Positions 53,981 through 64,000 of a stretch of 64,000 nucleotides of DNA are shown one piece after another (position 1 is the first letter of the stretch; each line of letters begins with the position of its first letter). The stretch is taken from NCBI RefSeq assembly GCF_009914755.1, contig NC_060928.1; one strand, 5' to 3'. This DNA comes from the human T2T-CHM13v2.0 reference genome, Homo sapiens. Position numbers and translations under genes: made by a program. A model generated the notes under the pieces. That model was not told the DNA's origin. It did no database searches and was given only the letters and a program-made list of their open reading frames with translations.

Positions 53981-54391
53981 GTGAGTTTTATGGAGGACCA
54001 TGTTTTGGATACAAAAATCAGTAAATTTTACAGTGAGTAAGGGATTTTTCTTTCTCTGTATCAGATATGCTTAATTATTTTATCTTTTAAATAGAATCCT
54101 TTCTCCCACAAAAATGGACTATATGTACCAGCCATCAAATTATCAGTTTATGTAGCTCATAATGACATGACACTATGGAGGTTTATAAGAAATTAGTAAA
54201 ACAATGTGAAGCTATTGAGTTTAAAGTATTTTTAAAAATCCTAAATTGTCTGCCTTTGCTGCATTGATCAGAAAAAAAAAATGGCAGTTATAATAAGTTA
54301 CCCCACCAATGTTTTAAAGAGTATCTTGTAACTAATATTTAAATAAATTCAGTTACATTTGCCTGCCATTATTAACTCCATGTAAATCAAA

Positions 54392-55860
54392 TAGAGTAGC
54401 ACTGTCCATTAGACTCTAAGATGATGAAAATGATCGATGCTTTTCCTGTTTAATATGATAGTCACCAGCCTCAGGTGGTTTTGAGTAGTCAAAATGTGGC
54501 TAATATGACTGATAAACTGGATATTTAATTTTACTTAATTTTAATAACTTTAAATTTAAATTATTTAGCCATAGGTAGTTAGTGGCTATCATTTGGGGCA
54601 ATGCAGGCTACAGACTTACTACTCAAAATGCAGCCACCTACAGGAAGCATCATCTTCACCTGGAAACTTGTTAGAAATGCAGCTTTCTGGTCCCACCTCA
54701 GGACTACTAAATCACAATCTGCATTTTAATAAGCCCTCCAACAAGGTGTGTGTGCATTAAAATTTGAGATCTAGAAGGGTAGTATCTCAACACTGGCTGC
54801 ACTGGTAATATTCAGTTAAACTTAAGAGTACCTAAGAGCCTTTCAGGGGGTTAATGTGTTCAAAATATTTTCAAAATTAAAAGCCACTGCCTTTTTCATC
54901 GTTTCAGCATTTGCATTGATAGTATGAAAGCAATGGAGGATAAAACCTTTGGTACTTTAGCATGAATCAAGACACTGGTACCAAACTACAGAAGTAGTCA
55001 CTAATTTATTTACTGCCACACACTTGCAGGAAAAAAGAGGGGAGTGCAGTTACACTTTAAAATGTCCTTGATGATACAGCAAAATGCACTTATTTTCTTA
55101 AGCCTTGACCACTGAAAACAAGTTTTTAATATTCTGTGGTTTAAAAAAAAAAAAGTACGTATAAAGCATTACCACTGCAAATGGAATTAAGATTTTAGAA
55201 ATACAGTATTTGCCTGTAGAATCTTGGCATCTTCCTACTGCTGCAAGACTTTTCTTTGAGATTGATGGTAATATTAACAACTGCATTTAAAAGGCCTAAA
55301 TAATTCAGGAAATCAATATTTTTAAATGACTAATGTATGAGCAAAAGATCCATTCAAAAAGTAGGATCAGATAATAAATTTTAATGTAACAGAGTGCATG
55401 TTTATTGATATAGTGTCAGATTTCCACATTGTATATAACCTTTAAGAAACTTCCATTTGTGAAGTTCTGATGTAGTAGCAAAAAAAAAAAAAAAAAAACC
55501 CACAATCATCTGAAAATCTTAAAATACTCCTCTTTTCCAACTATGAGCCTGAATTTTCTTTGCATGGTTCAACCTAAACAATATAGCAGAATACAGAAGC
55601 AGGTATCTTCTATCAAGCTGGACATTAAAGAAATGTGCAAAAAAAGAAAACCAATGCTATTCTTTAACTAATTTTTTTGTCTTGGAAATAATAGTCACTT
55701 TTCATTAAAAATATCACGTATATTAATACATTATGCACTTACTGTTATTTTAAAGGAAATTCTATTTTTAAAAAAATTTTCAATTTCGAGTACGATAAAA
55801 GTTGATAGATACACCCCCATAGACAAAAGCTGTAAGGAATTCTAAGATAACAAGTATGAG
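54392..55860. mobile_element. Cluster of hAT-Charlie relics (MER3/MER33-, MER5- and Charlie1-like)
   Basis: GCACTGTCCA...AAATGTGGCTA, CTTGTTAGAAATGCAG...TCTGCATTTTAATAAG, and Charlie1-like AT-rich internal sequence. Confidence 0.7.
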
Positions 55861-56982
55861 TGCTGCTGGCTTACAGGATGCCTTGATAAGAAAGAAGAGA
55901 AACAAAGCTGAGAATCACTATTCCCTCCACCCAAAAGCTGGGTATTGGCTGCTCCCAATGACTCAGAAGAAAAAAAAAACCACTATGCATTCTTAGAAGA
56001 GAAAATGTGGAGTATCCTCAGACAGAATTATCCTGAGGGGATAGTTCTCAGACAGAAGGAGCAAAGAGATAATAGGAAATAGAAGCGTTCATGGAGCCAG
56101 GTGATGTTGAAAAGGAAGGCAGTAGTTTGCTTGTAAATTCTTTCTGTATCTGCCAGATTGTCGGAGAATTCCTCTAAAACTCAAAAAATGCTTGTCAGGA
56201 GTGGGTTTCTTGTGGAAATTGGTCATCTAGAATGAAGCAAACAGAAATGTGCACCGGTAGAGGGTGGTAGGGGAAATCCTCGCTGATATTTGAGGAACAT
56301 ATGAAGATCCATTTCTAAAGAATACTAGATATACAACTAATATTGTATAGTTACCAAAGGAGCATGCCCTCCAAATCGCTCACTCTCACACTCCATCATA
56401 AATATTTACATTCTAAAGAATAGTGGAAATACAACTCATATTGTGTAGTTACCAGTGGAACATGCCAATTGCTCACTCAATCATGTGTATTTATTTTCAA
56501 GGTTGTGTTTAGTAATTTAGGGAATAGATTAGTGTACAGTAATTTTCTGTGGTTAGATTTTTAGCTGTCACTAATGATGTGTGATTAGTTTGTTGGAAGA
56601 AGCACCCACTGAGGAGCCTTGCTGGGCAGTCTCACCTCATCCTACAGGGGGTAAGAGGGGACGTTACCTTGTAAGGATCAAGGATTCACAACCCCTCTTG
56701 TCACCTACCAGCTATTACACCCTTAACGCTCTGTGTGGTTCCTGCCCCCCAGTTAGACTAATTAAAAATTATTAACAGGTAGACAAATTATTTGACTGCA
56801 ATGTGTAGGTATCTCAGAGTGCAAACATTGAAAAATTGGTAATTTACAGGTGCACGATATTATTGCAAGCGCTTTAGTGAAGATTAAAATCCTTGAGTTT
56901 TGTCATTCTCTTGCTCTAAAAACTTCCTACTCTTCTCACCTGCCTGTTCCCCCACCCTTAGTGTTGAATTTTCATTGGTTAG

Positions 56983-57051
56983 AAAGTTAAGCAGCAAAAA
57001 AAAAAAGGACAGACCTTTAAAAAGCTTCAAAAAATCACTTGGAGAATACAG
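56983..57051 (+). pseudogene. Candidate short fossil exon
   Basis: ttttcattggttag| and CAG|gtaaca; 69 nt. The phase-0 start matches 53980, and the exon contains an A11 run. Confidence 0.45.
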
Positions 57052-57322
57052 GTAACATCAGATGCTGAAAAGAAACAACACTAGCAAGGATTTGAAACTC
57101 TGAAGAAAAGACAAAGTTAATTTCTAAAAAAATTGGAAAAGAACTTGCATAGTATTTTGAAAATCCACATTTCCATAGGGAGGAAAAGAATTAAAATTCT
57201 GAGCTCAGTTATCTATTTGCCTCTCAGAGTAGCATGTTTACCATTATGCCAAATTATATAGCATAAAAAGTGACAGGTTTTGTTATTCTTACAGCCCAGA
57301 ACTTCTAGTCTTGTCAGAAAAT

Positions 57323-57323
<1 letters not shown>

Positions 57324-57368
<45 letters not shown>
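57324..57368 (+). repeat. (TAGA)11 tetranucleotide microsatellite
   Basis: Read directly from the sequence. Confidence 0.97.
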
Positions 57369-57394
57369 GTGCTCTTGTCCCCTCCCACCTCCAG

Positions 57395-57570
57395 GATCCT
57401 TGCTGCTAGTCCAGCCCTAATGTGTACCACAATTCTAACAAGGATTCTTGAGAAAATATCTGAATTCACTGGTGCACTACAGGATGGAGTGTGCTATAAT
57501 GTTACATCAGAAGCCAGAACAATCGGAAGTTGAACTTTTGAGCAGCTAGTTGTACAACTGGAAAACCTAT
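57395..57570 (+). pseudogene. Candidate fossil exon; 3' end unresolved
   Basis: Strong acceptor ctcttgtcccctcccacctccag|. Frame ILAASPALMCTTILTRILEKISEFTGALQDGVCYNVTSEARTIGS*TFEQLVVQLENL. Confidence 0.45.
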
Positions 57571-58049
57571 TTTTTTCTACTCTGATTTGATTGTTTTCAG
57601 TTTGTTAATTCATCTGATTGCAAGCAGCTAAGTTTCACACCTTCCCATAAAGCAAAAAGCAAGTATTTTCTTGCCCCTCAAATACTTCAGATTTCTTTTA
57701 AAAAAAATTCTAATTTGAAGAAAATAAATGTGTTACATTTTCCTCATCACATAAGAAGAATGACAGTGCTGGAATTCACATTGCTAGATTATTTTAAAAT
57801 ATTTACAAAAGAGTAATTTGCCATCATATCTATTTCATGTGTTTATTTTTGTATTCATAATTAAGTATACCATAGGGTTAAAGGAGAGCAGGTACTATGT
57901 CCACCACCACTCCCCATACAATATGATGACCCTGTACTCACCCAGTATTCCAAAAAAGTCATCCTATTTCCCAGAGAGAATTAAAAATTCAGAGACAAAT
58001 TATAGATTTGGAAAACTAGTTGTGCACAATATCTCAAGAGATTAATTTT

Positions 58050-58467
58050 GCAACATGATAAAAATCTACAAATAAAAAGGGCAAGTAACAATATGAAAAA
58101 ATAAGCAAACCCTATGAATTAAGAATGTACAAAATAATATATAAAGAAGGCAAATAAGAAAACAAAAATATGCTCCAGCCCACCGGACCAAAAAAAAATT
58201 CAAATTAAAATAACAATGTGATATAATTTGCCACCTATCAGATTGGTAACAATTAAAAAGAGTGATGGTATTCTAGTCTACTGAGAACACAGAACATTAT
58301 CATCATTTGCCACAACATTTTGCAAAAATATCTGGCAAAATCTAATGATTATTAAAACATACACACATTTGACTCATTTAGCCCACTTTTGGCACCTGCC
58401 ATGACAACCCATAGAAAAATTCCATATATATGCACTTTATTTTAGTACTTTGTAGCAAAACACACAG

Positions 58468-58501
<34 letters not shown>

Positions 58502-58850
58502 CCTGAAAACAATCTGAAAGTCCACCAACAGTGGAAAGTTTGATTACGTTACAACACATTATATTGGGGAATAATATGTAGCCACGAAAAAGATTGGATT
58601 AAATCTTTGTGATTGTAAAACTGGATTGTTGTCTATGATGTATTATTAAATAAAAATACAAGTTGCAAAGTAATAGATGAGGTACTATTATCCCTTTTAA
58701 AAACAAGAAAACAGCTTTTTTGTGAATATAGTTTTATCTGTGTTTGTCTTAGAGAAAGATGTAAAAAGAAATTCACACTAATTTATTAACAATGGTTACC
58801 GTAGTAGAGGGTAGGAGTGGACAAGAGATGAATTGTGTTATTTAATTTTC
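58050..58850 (+). mobile_element. Old L1M(E) 3' end relic containing (CA)n at 58471-58498
   Basis: CAAATTAAAATAACAATG...CACCTATCAGATTGG, AACAATCTGAAAGTCCACCAACAG and TTAACAATGGTTACC motifs. Confidence 0.72.
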
Positions 58851-58953
58851 TATATACCTATTATTTTTAAAGCTCATAATATTTTGAGCTTCCTATTTAT
58901 TCAACTGGGTGGTCTTCTATACTAAAGGGTCCTTGCTTGTTCTTCTTTGTAAG

Positions 58954-59183
58954 CCCACACATGGTATATGTTAAGAAATGTGAAGGAAGATACCTTTGGC
59001 TCTCTTTGACCCTTCTGAGGGAAGAAAAAAGAAAAACTTGTAAACAGAGAAGCAACAATATTTCAATTGTGGCATATGATTCAGAACATGAAAGTGGTAA
59101 CCAGAACATTCTGTTTTCTCCCCAGTTCAAGAGAAGTTGATTGCAGCATCGATGTTCCAAAAGCAATTAGCAGATTTGTACTG
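58954..59183 (+). pseudogene. Candidate fossil exon
   Basis: cttgttcttctttgtaag| and CTG|gtaacc. Phase 1->0 frame HTWYMLRNVKEDTFGSL*PF*GKKKEKLVNREATIFQLWHMIQNMKVVTRTFCFLPSSREVDCSIDVPKAISRFVL has two TGA stops. Confidence 0.6.
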
Positions 59184-59299
59184 GTAACCAAGGTTTTTCT
59201 AATTTTGTGGTAGTCAGTTCCAGCTTCAATCAACAAAAGGATACTGGAAATTTCCCACTCTCCTTTTTGTTGCCAACCTCTTCAGCATCATCTAAACAT

Positions 59300-59700
59300 A
59301 GTGACCCTCTGGTACCCTATCCTCCAACAACTAAATTCCTTTGTAGCTCTTGAAACATGCCTTGATTGTCCCAGTTCTGGACTTTCATGCATATGTTCCC
59401 CATATTTGAAACTCTCCTCTCCTCCCCTTTCCCACATCACTCATTCCTCATTCAGGCCTCAGGATAAAAAATCACCTTCTCTAGTAAGCTCTCTTAGGCA
59501 AAATTTAGTAATTATGAGCCTCTGCTGCATGCTCTCCTAACACCCTACTCTGACCTTCTCATGCCATAGTATTCACCATAAATGCTATTTTAATTATTAG
59601 TTGCTTAGCTACCAAATTCAGCTCCCTGAGGGCAAGAACCAAGTCTGTATCGTTCTATGTTGTAGCCCCAGTATCTGGAACGTGTGAGGCACACTGTAGT
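59300..59700 (+). mobile_element. L2 3' relic followed by a MIR
   Basis: AGCTCCCTGAGGGCAAGAACC...GTAGCCCCAGTATCT L2 3' motif. Confidence 0.65.
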
Positions 59701-60065
59701 AATAATAATATTGGTTTAGTGCTTACATTGTGTCAGTCTGTGGGCTAAAGACTTCATACACATTGTCTCATTTAATCTACTGATAACCCCTAACGCTATA
59801 CTATTCTATCTCTTTATGAATATGTATATTTGTCAGATGCTATCTATAATAATAATCTCTGGTCTCTGTTTTTCCTCTAAAATATCCTATGCTCTGACCG
59901 CATCAAAACCCAGTCTTTTTTTCTGAGATACAGTTCCTTGTGCTAACACAACAAATAAACAAAAAAAAATTATGTAAAATCCATGTGATGGGACATGCAT
60001 TTTCATGGGGCATACAATAAGAAACAATGCCTTAAGCCCAAATGGTGGAAATTTGTGTATTCCAG

Positions 60066-60191
60066 CTGGACTAATAAGATGACATTTTTAGGAAGGAGAT
60101 TTTAAATAATGGCTTCATAGATCACATCTTTTGGAGACCATCTACATTGCCTATTTGGAAGGACAGTACTGGGTTTGAGGCACCTTTGTCA
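60066..60191 (+). pseudogene. Candidate fossil exon (last one seen)
   Basis: tttgtgtattccag| and |gtgagt; 126 nt, phase 0-0. Frame LD**DDIFRKEILNNGFIDHIFWRPSTLPIWKDSTGFEAPLS. Confidence 0.55.
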
Positions 60192-60842
60192 GTGAGTAGG
60201 CCTGCTCCAGGACTTGGAGGTATCACTTCATATCTGTATATCTTCTAACAATAGCAAGTAAGAAAGGAACTATATTCATTCATGTTTTGGTGGTATTGAT
60301 TCCAATTAGGCGTTTATTTAAAAAAAAAAAAACCCAAACAATAGAAACTCTGTCTGCATCTGCCCCAGTAACACATGAACTACAGAAGGTTTTGGAGTCT
60401 GCTGTAAAGTACTAAACCACCCACACTCCAGTGAGATGGGGTTGGGCGTGAAACTGACTTCCCAGGTGCTGGGGATGGAGAGTTCTTCTCCTTGACACTC
60501 AAGCTCTCAGGAGTCCCCTTGAGATCAGACCACCAAAAATGCTGAGTCACACGTGAACATGTGAAAAAGTTCTATGGTATTGGTTCCCTATGTGGCAGGA
60601 ATGGCAGCCAAGCCCCCCAGGCAGAGATACTTGGCTTTCCTCCTGAGTAGTCAAGGCTAGTAAGCCAACAAAGTAGCTGAAGAATGAGGACAGGCAATTC
60701 CAAATATGTGGCCAAAAATTCTTCCTTTGACAATTTAAAAGAAGAACTTCACAATGCTGGTCTGGAGGTATTTGGAGCAAAGGAGGTAAAATCTGAATGG
60801 TGGATGGATTAATGAAAGTGGGAAAGAAATAGAGGGTATATA

Positions 60843-63800
60843 GGGGAAAATGGCAGATAGAAGGCAGGACTAACTTGCAGCTCCCACTCCAATGGAAAGA
60901 GCAGCATATGGTGATGCACATCATCAACTTTTGCTCCAGGAACTACAATAGAAACATCTCAGGAAAGCTGAGAGAATCCACAGACCCTTTGAAGGAGGTA
61001 GATTGCTGCTGCAGGCTCCATGGGACAGCCAAGGAACTGTGAGTCTGTTTGCTTTCTTAGCTAGGAGGCTTGTAGCCTAGGATAAATTCTCACCCCTGCT
61101 CACTGGCTACCTGGAAATAAACTCAGTGCTGTTGTTGGGGGCACTGTGGAAGTGAAACCAGCCTTTTCGGCTGTGGACTGCATGGGAGCTGGGTGAGGCC
61201 TGTGGCTGCCAGATTTCCTCTACTTCCCTGGTAACCTATGTGACACAGCAGAGGCAGCCATAATCCCCCCTGGGAACGTAACTCCATTGGCTTGGGAACT
61301 ACGCCACCATCTCCCACAGACACAGTAACTGCAGCAAGCCCTGCCCAAGGAGAGTCTGAGCTCAGACACACCTAACTCTGCTCCCACCTGATGGTCTTTC
61401 TCTACTTGCCCTGGTAGCTGAAGACAAAGGACACAATCTATCAAAACTTATGAGGTAGAGCAAAGACAGTGCTAAGAGGAACGTTCATAACATTAAATAC
61501 CTACATCAAAATGTCTGAAAGAGCACAAATAGACAACCTAAGGTCACATCTCAAGCAGCTAGAGAAACAAGAACAAACCAAACCCAAACACAGCAGAAGA
61601 AAAGAAAAAACTAAGATCAGAGTAGAACTAAATGAAATTGAAACAAAAACAAGACAAAAGATAAATTAAACAAAAAGGTGGTTCTTTGAAAAGATAAATA
61701 AAATTGACAGGCCATTAGTGAGATTAACTAAGAAAAGAAGACAGAAGATACAAATAAGTTCAATTAGAAACACGGAGATATTACGATCAATACCATAGAA
61801 ATACAAAATATCATTCAAGGCTACTATGAACACTTTCACATGCACAAACTAGAACTCCTACAGTAGATGGATAGATTCCTGGAAATATGCAACCTTCCTA
61901 GATTAAACCAGGAAGATATAGAATCTCTGAACAGACCAATAATAAGCAGCAAGATTGAAATGGTAATTAAAAGGTTACCCCCCAGAAAAGTCCAGGACTA
62001 GATGAATTCACAGCTGAATTTTATTAGACATTCAAAGAAAAATTGATACCATTCCTATTGACAGGATTCCAAAAGATAGAGAAACAGGGAATCCTCCCTA
62101 AATCATTCTATGAAACCAGTATTACCCTAATACTGAAACCAGAAAAAAACGTAACAAAAACAGAAAATTTCAGGCCAATATCTCTGATGCGCATAGATGC
62201 AAAAATCTTCAACAAAATACTAGCTAACTGAATCCAACAGCTTATCAAAAAGATAATCCACAATGACCAAGTGGGTTTCATACCATGGATGCAGAGAGGG
62301 TTTAACATCCACAAGTCAATAAATGTGACATACAACATAAACAGATTTAAAAACAAAAATCACATGATCATCACAATAAATGCAGAAAAATCAGGTGGAA
62401 AAATCCAGCATCCCTTTATGATTAAAATCCTCATCAGAATCAGCATAGAAGGGACATACCTTAGGGTAATAAAAGCCATCTATGACAAACTCACATCCAA
62501 CATTATACTGAATGGGGAAAAATTGAAAGCATTCCCCCTGATAAGTGGTACAAGACAAGGATGCCCACTTTCACCACCTCTATTCCACATAATACTAGAA
62601 GTTCTAGCCAGAGCAGACAACAGAGAGAAATAAAAGGCATCCAAACTGGTAAGCAGGAAGTCAAACTGTCACTGTTTGCTGATGGCATGATTGTATACCT
62701 AGAAAACCCTAACGACTCATCCAAAAAGCTCCTAGAACTGGTAAATGAATTCAGCAAAGTTTCAGGATACAAAATTAATGTACATAAATCAGTAGCCCCG
62801 CTATACACCAACAGCAATGAAGCTGAGAATCAAATCAATAACTCAATCCCTTTTACTGCAAAAGAAATAAAATACTCAGGAAATACATAACCAAGGAGGG
62901 AAAAGAGCTCTACAAGGAAAGCTACAATACACTGCTGGAAGAAATCATAGACAACATAAAAAAATGGAAACATATCCTATGTCATGGATGAGTAAAATCA
63001 ATATTGTGAAAATGACCATACTGCAAAAAGCAATCTACAAAATTCCATGCAATTCCCATCAAAATACCACCATCCTTCTTCACAGAACTAGAAAAAAAAA
63101 TTGTTTAAAACCAATAAAGCGCCCACATAGACAAAGCAAGACTAAGTAAAAAGAACAGATCTGAAAGCATCACATTACCCAACTTCAAACCATATAATAA
63201 GGCCATAGTCACCAAAACAGCATGGTACTTGTATGAAAATACACACATAGACCAATGAAACAGAATAGAGAACCCAGAAATAAAGTCAAATACTTACAGT
63301 AAATGGATCTTTGACAAAGCAAACAAAAATATAAAGTGGGGGAAAGGACATCCTCTGCAACAGATGGTGCTGGGATAACTGGCAAGCCACATGTAGAAGA
63401 ATGAAACTGGATCCTCATCTCTCACCTTATACAAAAATCAATTCAAGATGGATCAAAGACTTAAGTCTAAGACCTGAAACAGTAAAAATTCTCGAAGATA
63501 ACATTGGAAAAACCTTTCTAGACACTGGCTTAGGCAAAAACTTCCATGACCAAGTACCCAAAAGTAAATGCAACAGAAATGAAGATAAATAGATGGAACT
63601 TAATTAAACTAAAAAGATTCTGCACAGCAAAAGAAATAATCAGCAGAGTAAACAGGCAAGTCACAGAGTGAGAGAAAATCTTCACAAACTATACATCCAA
63701 CAGAGGACTAATACCCAGAATCTACAAGAAACTCAAACAAATTAGCAAGATAAAAACAACCAATCCCATCAAAAAGTAGGCCAAGGCAATGAAGAGACAG

Positions 63801-64000
63801 TTCTCAAAAGAAGATATAAAAATGGCCAACAAATGAAAAAATGCTCAACATCACTAATTACCAGGGAAATGCAGAGCAAAACCACAATGCAATACCACCT
63901 TACTCTTGCAAGAATGGCCATAATCAAAAATTCAAAAAATAATAGATGTTGGCAAAAATGTGGTCAAAAAGGAACACTTTTACATTGTTGGTGGTAATGT
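60843..64000 (+). mobile_element. L1PB-type element with an internal deletion of ORF1 and the endonuclease domain; runs off the window
   Basis: 5'UTR AAATGGCAGATAGAAGGCAGGACTAACTTGCAGCTCCCACTC is joined at ~61430-61439 directly to post-EN ORF2. RT fragments ([20 protein letters not shown]) follow. Confidence 0.9.

Overview
This is primate (human-like) nuclear DNA, about 60% interspersed repeats, with no intact protein-coding gene, rRNA, tRNA or CRISPR array. It holds two near-full-length decayed L1s (1-6120, 20113-27165), two 5'-inverted (twin-primed) L1s, an internally deleted L1PB-type element, eight Alus, a solo LTR12/ERV9 LTR, and MER52-, MER41-, THE1-, MST-, MLT1- and MLT2-type LTRs, plus MIR, L2 and hAT relics. 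Repeat subfamily calls come from remembered consensus sequences, not a search. The main non-repeat signal is a chain of about 18 blocks on the + strand between ~11 kb and ~60.2 kb, each bounded by AG and GT. Many have compatible splice phases and a reading frame broken only by a few TGA/TAA/TAG stops or by frameshifts in A-runs. I read this as a decayed multi-exon gene (candidate unitary pseudogene) that I cannot name. One block is split by an Alu, a sense-oriented LTR12 promoter sits in one intron, and three exon-like blocks at 12.5-17.9 kb face the opposite way, possibly an inversion. The window also keeps several DNA-repair scars: three locally templated insertions, a 200-bp tandem duplication and microhomology deletions. 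The exon and frame calls are manual inferences and need checking by cross-species alignment.
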